Source: an uncultured Bacteroidota bacterium
GTDB taxonomy: Bacteria > Bacteroidota > Bacteroidia > NS11-12g > UBA9320
Reading direction: 5' to 3'
NCBI GenBank assembly: GCA_913054375.1
Contig: CAJXIQ010000002.1
Span: 1 to 56,151, forward strand
Length of the DNA: 56,151 bases
Of the stretch, positions 1-9,033 are shown piece after piece (positions within the stretch are counted from its first letter, which is position 1; every line of letters begins with the position of its first letter). Both the position numbers and the translations under genes were made by a program. The notes below the pieces were generated by a model. The model ran no database searches, was not told where the DNA came from, and saw only the letters and a list, made by a program, of their open reading frames with translations.

Positions 1-86
1 TCTTTTTCTTTGGGATTACAGCTTACTAATGCAAGCATAGTAATGCATGGAAATATAAGGTGTCTTGTTCTTATATGTTTTTTCAT
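1..86 (-). CDS. Lipoprotein, N-terminal fragment (gene runs off the window start)
   Basis: Manual reverse translation from ATG at 84-86 gives MKKHIRTRHLIFPCITMLALVSCNPKEK: a basic n-region, a hydrophobic core and an LVSC lipobox. Too short for the ORF track. Confidence 0.4.
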   Translation of the reverse strand, partial: MKKHIRTRHLIFPCITMLALVSCNPKEK

Positions 87-171
87 TATGATAAGTTTTA
101 CGCAAGATATATTTTTTTTCTAGGTGAGATAACCAAAAATTATCAATAGTACGTTCTAATTGTGTTTACTA

Positions 172-843
172 TTATTTTTTTTGCAAAACCTTAGAGAAGC
201 TCAGATCTCCGTCTATGCGCACTACGTAAACCCCGCTTGCTAGATCGCTCACGTAAATAGCTTGACCTTTAGAAATGTTCTTAGACATCTTCAAATTACC
301 CAATATATCGTACACGTCTACAGTATAATTGGCGGCATCGTAATTTACATAAACCTTATCTGATGCAGGATTTGGGTAGACCGTAATAGAGGATTTATCT
401 AAATCATTCGTACTTACTAAATCCCTAGCCGTAATTGAAAGACTCAGTGTATCACTGTTAGAAGCGTCACTGAGCGAGTAGGCCGAAACATATGCATCTC
501 CTTCACCAGCTTTTCCGAAAAATGCAAAGCCCAATTTGAACTCTACGGAGTCACCTTGTTTCAATACAAAATTGTATGCAGTTGTTGGTTCTTCAATGCA
601 TAGGAATCCACTACATACTGTTGTTGACCAATCTGATGGCACATCTGTCTTATTAAGAACCCAAGCAAAAAGAGTATCTGCCGGATCTGTGGAACTGTTA
701 GTAAGGTATGCCTTTGCATTATAATCAAACTCATCTTTGCTGAAGTTTGGTTCCACAAACTCATTCTTGTCAAAAGAAATCTGAGCGAATGAATTCATTG
801 CAAAAGCAATGAGTGTTAAAAGTAAGGTACTGTTTCTTTTCAT
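172..843 (-). CDS. Small secreted protein with T9SS C-terminal sorting domain
   Basis: Signal peptide MKRNSTLLLTLIAFAMNSFAQ. C-terminus ITVYPNPASDKVYVNY...GVYVVRIDGD...KVLQKK is typical of the Por/T9SS CTD. Confidence 0.8.
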   Translation of the reverse strand: MKRNSTLLLTLIAFAMNSFAQISFDKNEFVEPNFSKDEFDYNAKAYLTNSSTDPADTLFAWVLNKTDVPSDWSTTVCSGFLCIEEPTTAYNFVLKQGDSVEFKLGFAFFGKAGEGDAYVSAYSLSDASNSDTLSLSITARDLVSTNDLDKSSITVYPNPASDKVYVNYDAANYTVDVYDILGNLKMSKNISKGQAIYVSDLASGVYVVRIDGDLSFSKVLQKK

Positions 844-855
844 AATCTTTTCAAT

Positions 856-1419
856 TTAAGCGGCTTCTGCTTCTACAGCATCTACCTCTGGTATCATTCT
901 TTTTAATAGATTTTCGATCCCTGCTTTGAGCGTAAGCGTGCTGCTTGGACACCCACTGCATGAACCCTTCATCGTAACGGTAACAATGCCTTCTTCAAAA
1001 CTCTTAAAGTCGATAGCTCCTCCATCCATTTCTACAGCTGGTCTCACGTGATCTTCCAATAGTTGTTTTATTTTAATCACTACTTCAGATTCTTCTTCGT
1101 CTGTCAATGTTTCTCTAAGAACAACAATTGGCTTTTCTGCCTCGAGGTAGGCTTGTACAAATGCCTTGAGCTCAGGTATGATATCAAACCACTCAAAGCC
1201 TGATTTTTTCGTGACAGACACGAAATTGTTCATGATGAATACACCTTTTACAAAATCAAACCCAAATAGCTCTTTTGCCATGGGGCACTCATCAACACCT
1301 TCGTTGGTTCTGAAATCAATGCTATCGTTGGGCAAAATCATTTTGTTTGCTACGAATTTCATTGATTCTGGATTGGGGGTCTTTTCTGAATAAACAGTGA
1401 TAAGGTCTTGTAATTCCAT
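856..1419 (-). CDS. NifU-like Fe-S cluster scaffold/carrier (Nfu_N plus NifU C-terminal domain)
   Basis: YSEKTPNPESMKFV (Nfu_N-like) and GSCSGCPSSTLTLKAGIE (CXXC of the NifU C-domain). The ORF extends to 1467, but MELQDLITVY at 1419 fits the family N-terminus better. Confidence 0.85.
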   Translation of the reverse strand: MELQDLITVYSEKTPNPESMKFVANKMILPNDSIDFRTNEGVDECPMAKELFGFDFVKGVFIMNNFVSVTKKSGFEWFDIIPELKAFVQAYLEAEKPIVVLRETLTDEEESEVVIKIKQLLEDHVRPAVEMDGGAIDFKSFEEGIVTVTMKGSCSGCPSSTLTLKAGIENLLKRMIPEVDAVEAEAA

Positions 1420-1484
1420 TGTTATTTGTAACGTTTCAAAGGTAGCTATAGTTTTCATAGAATTCAAACACTATTCTGTCATCT

Positions 1485-4400
1485 TTATCTCATATTGTCG
1501 GTCTCGTTTTGGAGGAGGTCCTTAGCGCTGTAGCTTTTATTATTTAAATAGTACTTATTGAAGGTGCACCATTGACATGTATCCTCCTCGCATCCTTTCT
1601 CAAATTCTAACTTCTGTATCTTTGCAAAGGTCTCCGCGATTTGTTTTTTAACGAAAGTGTACTCATCGTCATTTACCATGATTTTAACCTTTTTGTACGT
1701 CTCTCCTTCTGGTTCTATAAAGTCGATCTCTCCCGATATAACTCTGAGGTTTTTTGTAGTATCGCTTTCTATCAAAGCCTTATAAAATAAGACTTGCCTC
1801 CAATAGTCTCCACCGTACCGTTTTTCAAAATTATCCTCATATGGATTGTCCTCCAGTAGCACGGGAGGTTTTACCTTTTTGACGCCGTACTTTACCTGAC
1901 CTGTCTTGAAATCTACAACATGTGCGGTGCCTTCATTAATGACTACTTTATCTATCTGCCCGCGAATAGGAACTCCGTCTATTTCACCGTTCTTGAGAGA
2001 CAATTCGGTGTGTATTTCGCCTTCTTCGCTCCAAGTAGCAGCATATTTATCATAGTACTTATTCAGAATATCAATTCCATAATATGTTCTTCTCTCTAGC
2101 CCTTCCAGTGTAAAAGCCTCTTTACTGCTATTCATCTGTGCAGTAAAACGCTTTTTAAGAAAATCCTTGGCTTCTTCTGCATCTTGCAAATCATCTAGGT
2201 TTTTGTACAAACCATCAAGAGCATTATGCACTGCCGTACCAAACGAGGAGCTCTCTCCCTTTGCCGAGGGTACACGCAATATATTTTGGTAAAAAAAGGC
2301 AACAGGACATCTCAAATAGCTATTTAAGTTTGTAGCACTAAGTCTAAAATTCTCTACTTCTTTCACTACAAAGTCTTGTTTCACGAGGTCGATATATTCC
2401 TCATTATTATGTGTAAGCATGAAGTCAAAAAAGTGTAATAAGTCGTCTTCATTTGCTTCCTGCTGTTGAAAAACTGCGGCTCCGCTTTCCTCTAACTCCA
2501 CTACAAATAAGCTCTTTGTTGAAGCTTTATCTGATTCATCTCGTAGAGCATAGCTGATTTCTATTCCTTTTCTGGCTCTAGTAATTGCTACATAAAAGAG
2601 CCTCCGTGATTCCTCTATATATGCCTTTTGAGGTTCTCCAGGAAACAGTAAGTTAAGCTTGTAGGGGAGTGCTTTTTTATCTTTTTCCCATTTCTTTTCT
2701 GTACAACCAATAGCAAACACATAGTCGTATTCTAGCCCTTTAGATCCATGTACAGTCATCAGGTTTACACCATTAATACCGTGTACTATTTTGGTAAGTT
2801 TTAATCCTATGTTATTGGATTTTAAAAGTTCTATTTTACGTAAAAATGCATGGAGCGATATGTAGGGTTCGCGAGCCGTTTCCTCTTTTAAAAAATTATA
2901 GTACGTCTTTAGGCACTGTATTTGAAATGTGGCATCTTTTGCAGATAATGCCCGTGCTACAAACCCCACCTTTGACATAATTCTCTCTACTAAATTTTGT
3001 AGGGTCACATTATGCATTTCCGTAATCCAAAACTCAATATCTGCTACAAAAGCCCTCAACTCACTTTTTGCTTCTTTTTCAATTTCCAATCCCGCGGCAG
3101 CGATATTCAGATGCTCACGCCAACCAACTAACCTGTTCTTTGCAATAACGTTGCTTATTCGAGCAATATCAAATGCCGATATATGCTTAAAATTGTGGTA
3201 ATGCAGAATTTCGAATAATAAGTGCTGACCAGTATCAAGGTTTTTGCTTTCTAAACTTAAGTATATCAAAAAGGTATTGAGTTGATGCACTAGTGGCACC
3301 TCTAGCACATTTTGTGTTTTAGCGACATTGTAGCTTATCTCTTCTGCCTCAAGGTATTTAATTAGTTCCACACTCTGACTGTGATTACGGTACATTATAC
3401 CAACATCGCTAAGTGATACACCATCTGCCTTTAGTTTTTTTAATTTGGCTGTAACACTTACTATCTCCTGAAAACTATTGGGGTATTCCACTATTTTCAG
3501 TGCGTTTAGTATGCCTGCTACGGAGTCGTTAGAGGCCACAATCTTCTTGTTTAAATTGTCCACCCTACCAACTAAGCGTTCGTCATTATGCTCTATTATT
3601 GCGTTGCTTCCATCTAAAATATTCTGGCTCGAACGATAGTTTTGATCCAATACAACCAGTTCTATGTCCTCCTCATATCGCTTAAAAAATTCAAAAATAT
3701 TTTCTACGTTGGCTCCTTGGAATTTGTACACCGACTGGTCATCATCACCTACAACAAACACATTGGGGTTTTCCCAATAATTTATCAACGTATAGAGCAA
3801 TTCATTTTGAGCACCATTGGTATCTTGATACTCATCTACCAAAAAATATTGATATGTCTCTTGATACTTGAGTAGTAAATCATCATTGTCTTTTAACGCG
3901 GAAATTACCCAGGTGATCATGTCATTAAAATCATAGCGTTTTCTCGCAGCTAGCTTTGAATCATAGGAATCTAGAAGCAAGGCCGCCTCCACTAACTTCT
4001 CTAAAGATTCCTTATCTGCATTATATTTACGTAGGTTAATATCTCCCTTTTGGTTCTCTCCTGATTTACGTTGGTATAGGTAGCTTTCATCGGTAAGCAT
4101 ATCCTCTAGCTTGGCTATCACTTTGGAATGGATATTTGCCGCCGTCAGATGATCTTTTTTCATCAATCCGAACAGTTTTAGTAAGTTTTTTATATCATAA
4201 TAAACATCCCCAACATACCGCTTTATTTTGCTGCTGTTTGGAAGTTCATCTACAATCTCTTTCATGACTTCCAGTACTTCTAGTTCAGATACAGGATCTA
4301 AGTCTTGTATTCCAAAAAGGTCTTTGTTTTCTTGTATAACCGTATTGCAAAATCCGTGGTACGTATATACATTCACTTTATAGGACTGAGAACCCATAAA

Positions 4401-4628
4401 TTGGTTCAATCGCATTCTTAGTGCAGTAGTTGCAGCCTCTGTAAAAGTTAAACATAGTATGTTTTCTGGGCTAGTATCTGTATTTTTTACAATACTGGCA
4501 ACGCGAGCTCCTAGGACTTGTGTTTTGCCCGTTCCTGGGCCTGCTACTACCATTACACTGCCTTCTGTTGTATCTACCGCTTTTTGTTGATTTGGATTTA
4601 GTGTTGTGTATACTTCTTCGAATGTCAT
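1485..4628 (-). CDS. UvrD/PcrA-family ATP-dependent helicase fused to a C-terminal PD-(D/E)XK nuclease domain (AddA/AddB-like)
   Basis: Walker A AGPGTGKTQVL and motif II VDEYQDTN. C-terminal nuclease motifs GQIDKV...VVDFKTG and YWRQVLFYKAL. Four Cys (CPVAFF and CEEDTCQWC) resemble the AddB/Cas4 Fe-S staple. Confidence 0.85.
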   Translation of the reverse strand: MTFEEVYTTLNPNQQKAVDTTEGSVMVVAGPGTGKTQVLGARVASIVKNTDTSPENILCLTFTEAATTALRMRLNQFMGSQSYKVNVYTYHGFCNTVIQENKDLFGIQDLDPVSELEVLEVMKEIVDELPNSSKIKRYVGDVYYDIKNLLKLFGLMKKDHLTAANIHSKVIAKLEDMLTDESYLYQRKSGENQKGDINLRKYNADKESLEKLVEAALLLDSYDSKLAARKRYDFNDMITWVISALKDNDDLLLKYQETYQYFLVDEYQDTNGAQNELLYTLINYWENPNVFVVGDDDQSVYKFQGANVENIFEFFKRYEEDIELVVLDQNYRSSQNILDGSNAIIEHNDERLVGRVDNLNKKIVASNDSVAGILNALKIVEYPNSFQEIVSVTAKLKKLKADGVSLSDVGIMYRNHSQSVELIKYLEAEEISYNVAKTQNVLEVPLVHQLNTFLIYLSLESKNLDTGQHLLFEILHYHNFKHISAFDIARISNVIAKNRLVGWREHLNIAAAGLEIEKEAKSELRAFVADIEFWITEMHNVTLQNLVERIMSKVGFVARALSAKDATFQIQCLKTYYNFLKEETAREPYISLHAFLRKIELLKSNNIGLKLTKIVHGINGVNLMTVHGSKGLEYDYVFAIGCTEKKWEKDKKALPYKLNLLFPGEPQKAYIEESRRLFYVAITRARKGIEISYALRDESDKASTKSLFVVELEESGAAVFQQQEANEDDLLHFFDFMLTHNNEEYIDLVKQDFVVKEVENFRLSATNLNSYLRCPVAFFYQNILRVPSAKGESSSFGTAVHNALDGLYKNLDDLQDAEEAKDFLKKRFTAQMNSSKEAFTLEGLERRTYYGIDILNKYYDKYAATWSEEGEIHTELSLKNGEIDGVPIRGQIDKVVINEGTAHVVDFKTGQVKYGVKKVKPPVLLEDNPYEDNFEKRYGGDYWRQVLFYKALIESDTTKNLRVISGEIDFIEPEGETYKKVKIMVNDDEYTFVKKQIAETFAKIQKLEFEKGCEEDTCQWCTFNKYYLNNKSYSAKDLLQNETDNMR

Positions 4629-4738
4629 TGCAGGGGCAATATGAGTGTTTTTTTTTATTTGCTTGTAGTAAGGCCTTTAATTGTCAAAAAAAAATGACAG
4701 CGATAACCGGAACTCTTTAAGGATATTTGACTCTAATT

Positions 4739-7700
4739 ATGAAAACAAGAGTATTAATGAAAGTAAAGAATTATACCTTCAGGGGGGTTGTCTCAGTATT
4801 ACTCACGTTTGCTGCGGGTTTTTCGATGGCACAAACGCAATACTGTTCGTCACGATCATACAGCCCAGAGAACACCAAATGTGATCGTGTTGAATTAGTG
4901 GGAGAATCTGTGACTATTGATGTAAACTCGTCGCATCTTGGATGCGAATTGTACACGGATAACACAGCACTCCCTGCCGCAGATATGGCTGCAGGAAAGT
5001 CTTATACAGTTTCTATAGAAGCAGGTTCATGTTCTCGCGATCTTAGACTTAACGTTAGAACTAATGTGTGGATAGATTACAACAATGACGGCGACTTTAC
5101 AGATGCAGGTGAAATGCTCAGTGACGGCAGTTCCTTAAGAACGACAGTCAATATCAACTTTAAAGTCCCTTGTAGTGCAAAATCGGGAATGACTAGGATG
5201 AGAGTTATAGTCATAGAACAACCTGCAGCCTTAACCAACCCGTGTGGTTCTTTCCCCTTTGGTGAAACAGAAGACTATACAGTACTGATTACAAATCCTA
5301 AAAGAGTAACTAGCGCATTCTTTATACCAGACACTGCTTTTACTGGAACTTTGGTGAACATAACTAACTCCAATCAAAACGGTTATCTATCTCACGAATG
5401 GACTATCGACGGGACAAAAACTTCTACAGTTAATACAGGTTACGCATTTTCTCCTGCAGGCACATACGATGTAAAACTTAAAAGCACCAACTGTCTTGGA
5501 ACCGATTCTACTACGAAAAGTATTGTGATTGTCGATCCTACGGCACCTGCCGTTTCAGATTTTGTTTCAGATAAAAACGTTGTCGAACTATATGAACCTG
5601 TAAGTTTAATCGATTTAAGTACCAACGGCCCTACCTATTGGAATTGGGTTATTAGCAATGGTGTAGACACCATAGATGGTGACGATGACCCTTCTCTTAG
5701 AGGAGGTAATCCACGCATCAACCAAAACCCTATTATATACACTTCAAATGGGAATAGTACAGTAGGTCTAGGTGTATGGACTGTTACACTTACTGCATCT
5801 AACGCTATCAACGGTTCTGCACCAGAAACAAAGATTGGATACATAACTGTACAACGCTCCTCGTATAACATGGGTGCAGCTACTGCTCTTCCTGCAGGTG
5901 TCATCACTATACCAAGTGGTGAGCTATTTGACAAAGGTGGGCCGACTGGCAACTACAGCTCTCCAGATTACAACGAAGCTCTTATTGCTCCGTGTGGTGC
6001 TCAAAGCGTAACACTAGAGTTTACTCAATTTGAAGTTCGTGCAAATGCAACACTCAAAATATATGACGGCTTGAATGCTCTTGCTACTCCTTTACACACG
6101 GGTAACGGATACACACTGGGTAACGAACCTACTGGACCGATTACAGCTTCATCTGGAGCTATGTACCTTCTTTGGACGACAAGAGCAGGTGTTAATACCG
6201 TTGGGTTTGCTGCTAATTGGTCTTCTGTGGATGGTGTAGTAGGCGCTACTCCTGTAGCTGGTTTTACATTGCCTAATACGACTTTATATAACACTGTTCC
6301 TGTATCATTTAAAAACACTTCTTTAAATGCCGGTGGTAATACTGCCCTTGAGTGGACACTTACTGGACCAGAGAATTTCACATCTAACTTAACCGATTTT
6401 GATTATACATTCCTCTCCAATGGTAGCTACACACTCTCTCTTAAAGCAATTACTTGTGACAACCAAGTAAGTACATCAACACAGTCTTTTACTGTAGTTT
6501 CTCCTACGACGCCTACCAATCTTGATTTTGTCGCTGACAATCAAAGACCTAATATAGGTGATGCTGTTACGATAACAGCTACTAGCGATAAAGCAAATAA
6601 CTGGGAATGGTCTATTTTCCCTTTAACGGGATGGGAAGCAGATACACGTCCAAATACATCCAATGTACGATCATTTACATTTAACCAACCAGGGGTTTAT
6701 ACGGTACAGTGTAGAGCGTATAACTCTACGAACGAATTGGCCTCTGAAGCTACGGTTGTGAAAACGTCTTACATCCTTGTAGTTGAATATTGTACTCCTA
6801 TTATCGGGGTTACTACTTCCACTGATATAGGCATAAGCTACTTTAGTTTAACTGACCCTCTATCTGGTACGTCTTTCGAAAACAGCTCAGCTACAGGTGT
6901 AGAATATACAGACTACTCTGACCTTGGTGCTATTGACCTTAATTTTGGAGGTACGTATACCTTCGAAGTTAAAAGACCTAGTAACGTAAATGATATGTCT
7001 CGCAAAATGTGGATCGATTGGAACGTAGATGGTGACTTTGATGATGCCGGTGAAGAAGTAGCTGCTGAAGCTGTAGGTAACAACATGTCTTGGACCAGTT
7101 CTTTCACTGTTCCAGATGCTAATACTGCTTTTGAAGCAACTACCAGAGCTCGTATTGGAGTATCGTATGATACAGATCCTAACGAAGCGTGTGGGGCTTC
7201 TTCTAACCCAAATGCTAACCGTATTGGTGAGTTTGAGGACTACCTTATTCGTGTAGTAAACGATGGAGATGAGCCTGTAATCACTCTAATAGATGCAGAT
7301 ACTGTATTTATAGAGCAAAATGCCACTCCACCTTACGTAGCCCTAGGTGCTACAGCACTAGATCCTTCTCAAGGCGACATTTCGGGTAATATTACAATTA
7401 CTTCTGACCTGGATCAGTCTCTTGCTGGGGTATACTACGAGGTATACAATGTTATGGATGCATCAGGAAATCCTGCAGAACCCGTTACGCGTGTAATATA
7501 TGTTGTAGCTGACCAAACGGCTCCAGCAATTACAATCAATGGAGCAAACGATGTTACTATTGAAGTTGGTACTCCTTATGTAGATCTTGGAGCTACTGCT
7601 CTAGATAATACTGAAGGCGACCTTACAGCTGCTATTGTAATTTCAGGTAACGTAGATGAAAATTTGCTCGGTGTTTACACTATTACATACAGCATCCAAG

Positions 7701-8809
7701 ATAATCAAGGTAATGCATCTTCTGAAACACGTACTGTACGTGTAATAGATTCACAACTGCCTATCATTGACAATGCTAGTGCCGATAAATCAACTGCGTG
7801 CTGGACTGTAGAAGTTCAACTCCAAAATATATTTGCGGATATCACTTCGGCTTCTGATAACTACAACAGTATAGGTAGTGGTTTAACATTTACTGCTACT
7901 CCAGCTTCTCCACAAGGAGGTGCAGCTGTAGATACACGTTTCCAGGGTACCACCTCAGTTACGTATACGGCTACAGACGAAAGTGGTAACATCACCATAC
8001 AGTGTGTAGACTATGTAGTAAGAGACTACGTTGCTCCAGAAATAAGCCTACGTACACTAGATGTTGTAAACCACAGAGTGAACACTCCGTACACACCAAT
8101 AAGCGCAACTGCTTCTGATAACTTATACTCAAGTACTCAGATCAGTTTAACTTCGACATCTAACGTAGATGCTTATGTGCTTGGTACATACCAAGATACC
8201 TATACCGCTACAGATGCAGCGGGTAATACAACTACTAAAGTTAGAACAGTAAATGTAATTGACGACTTGAGCCCGGTAATAAGCGGTAAATCAGGCGGTG
8301 TACTTACAGTGGGTGTTGGTTCTAGTGTTGATGCACTTGACTATATTACTTTCACCGATAACTATGACGCTCCAGGTGATCTATTGACAAACCACACCCT
8401 AGTCTATAACAATATCAATTTACAAGAAGCTGGTTTATACTCAGCGGTATTTAGAACTGAAGATAACTCAGGTAACCGTTCTAATGAATTTACCTTGTAT
8501 GTTCATGTTAAATACAACTATGATGTAATCACGAATAGTGTAAATGACCTCAACTTGGAAGATTTACTAAGTGTTAATCCTAATCCAACTTCGGGTAATG
8601 TTAACATCAATGTAAACCTTCCTGAAAATGAAGTGATCAACCTTGCTATCTTTAACACTATGGGCCAGCAAGTGGCACTAGTTAAAAATGGTAAAGCTCA
8701 AAACGGAACCTTTAACGTTAGCCTAGCTAACCAAGCAGATGGTATATACTACGTTCAAATGAACGTTCAAAATAAAATCATCACGAAAAAAATCGTTTTG
8801 AATAAATAG
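4739..8809 (+). CDS. Giant T9SS-secreted multidomain adhesin-like protein, copy 1 (GEVED head, PKD, CUB-like, second GEVED, Ig-like/DUF5011-type repeats, T9SS CTD)
   Basis: The track ORF begins at TTG 4727; the first ATG (4739) gives MKTRVLMKVKNYTFRGVVSVLLTFAAGFSMAQ. GEVED-type motifs: VWIDYNNDGDFTDAGE...FGETEDY and MWIDWNVDGDFDDAGE...IGEFEDY. PKD-like WTIDGTK...YDVKLKSTNCLG. CTD SVNPNPTSGNVNINV...GIYYVQMNV...KKIVLNK. Confidence 0.85.
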   Translation: MKTRVLMKVKNYTFRGVVSVLLTFAAGFSMAQTQYCSSRSYSPENTKCDRVELVGESVTIDVNSSHLGCELYTDNTALPAADMAAGKSYTVSIEAGSCSRDLRLNVRTNVWIDYNNDGDFTDAGEMLSDGSSLRTTVNINFKVPCSAKSGMTRMRVIVIEQPAALTNPCGSFPFGETEDYTVLITNPKRVTSAFFIPDTAFTGTLVNITNSNQNGYLSHEWTIDGTKTSTVNTGYAFSPAGTYDVKLKSTNCLGTDSTTKSIVIVDPTAPAVSDFVSDKNVVELYEPVSLIDLSTNGPTYWNWVISNGVDTIDGDDDPSLRGGNPRINQNPIIYTSNGNSTVGLGVWTVTLTASNAINGSAPETKIGYITVQRSSYNMGAATALPAGVITIPSGELFDKGGPTGNYSSPDYNEALIAPCGAQSVTLEFTQFEVRANATLKIYDGLNALATPLHTGNGYTLGNEPTGPITASSGAMYLLWTTRAGVNTVGFAANWSSVDGVVGATPVAGFTLPNTTLYNTVPVSFKNTSLNAGGNTALEWTLTGPENFTSNLTDFDYTFLSNGSYTLSLKAITCDNQVSTSTQSFTVVSPTTPTNLDFVADNQRPNIGDAVTITATSDKANNWEWSIFPLTGWEADTRPNTSNVRSFTFNQPGVYTVQCRAYNSTNELASEATVVKTSYILVVEYCTPIIGVTTSTDIGISYFSLTDPLSGTSFENSSATGVEYTDYSDLGAIDLNFGGTYTFEVKRPSNVNDMSRKMWIDWNVDGDFDDAGEEVAAEAVGNNMSWTSSFTVPDANTAFEATTRARIGVSYDTDPNEACGASSNPNANRIGEFEDYLIRVVNDGDEPVITLIDADTVFIEQNATPPYVALGATALDPSQGDISGNITITSDLDQSLAGVYYEVYNVMDASGNPAEPVTRVIYVVADQTAPAITINGANDVTIEVGTPYVDLGATALDNTEGDLTAAIVISGNVDENLLGVYTITYSIQDNQGNASSETRTVRVIDSQLPIIDNASADKSTACWTVEVQLQNIFADITSASDNYNSIGSGLTFTATPASPQGGAAVDTRFQGTTSVTYTATDESGNITIQCVDYVVRDYVAPEISLRTLDVVNHRVNTPYTPISATASDNLYSSTQISLTSTSNVDAYVLGTYQDTYTATDAAGNTTTKVRTVNVIDDLSPVISGKSGGVLTVGVGSSVDALDYITFTDNYDAPGDLLTNHTLVYNNINLQEAGLYSAVFRTEDNSGNRSNEFTLYVHVKYNYDVITNSVNDLNLEDLLSVNPNPTSGNVNINVNLPENEVINLAIFNTMGQQVALVKNGKAQNGTFNVSLANQADGIYYVQMNVQNKIITKKIVLNK

Positions 8810-8875
8810 GAATATCCATTCTTGTACTAATAAAAAGGCCCAACTAATGTTGGGCCTTTTTATTTTCAGTTTTTT
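5305..8875 (+). repeat. Direct repeat copy A (3571 nt): adhesin body plus terminator
   Basis: Matches 9687-13258 at a constant offset of +4382 through the stop codon. The sense translation and four antisense ORFs are duplicated exactly. Spot-checked lines are base-identical. Confidence 0.95.
8837..8866 (+). terminator. Rho-independent terminator of adhesin copy 1
   Basis: ggcccaac-taat-gttgggcc hairpin followed by tttttatttt. Confidence 0.8.
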
Positions 8876-8951
8876 ACATCAGCTATATGTCATTCATATT
8901 CAAGTATTTACGCCTAAAACATGATATTTATAAAACGCCAAATGCATTTTT

Positions 8952-8979
8952 TTTGCAACCTTATAGCCACATTAGTGTC
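8952..8979 (+). promoter_or_regulatory. Candidate ECF-type promoter upstream of adhesin copy 2 (TTTGCAACC-N12-TAGTGTC)
   Basis: The same 9-mer and 7-mer with the same 12-nt spacing occur at 13257-13284 ahead of the ECF sigma gene. The spacer itself is mostly different. Confidence 0.45.
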
Positions 8980-8987
8980 AAATTATT

Positions 8988-8995
8988 TAGATTTG
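8988..8995 (+). promoter_or_regulatory. Bacteroidetes -7 box (TAGATTTG) upstream of adhesin copy 2
   Basis: Exact match to TAnnTTTG, 38 nt upstream of ATG 9034. Confidence 0.4.
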
Positions 8996-9033
8996 ACATA
9001 CATTTTTAGTCCTACACGTAAATAAATTAATAC

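Noticed and set aside
4727-4738. TTG start of adhesin copy 1 given by the ORF track, and similar upstream alternative starts at 18313, 24325, 31142, 36195 and 50589
   Set aside because: In each case a downstream ATG yields a canonical signal peptide, lipobox or family N-terminus. For 24325 the TTG lies inside the -7 box itself. The start at 50589 would overlap the divergent gene and its own promoter.
5440-7107. Antisense ORFs inside the adhesin genes (5440-5625, 5635-5952, 6025-6381, 6913-7107, and their twins at +4382)
   Set aside because: They lie fully inside a strongly supported sense CDS, have low-complexity composition and no start context. They appear twice only because the DNA is duplicated. 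They are useful as evidence of nucleotide identity, not as genes.
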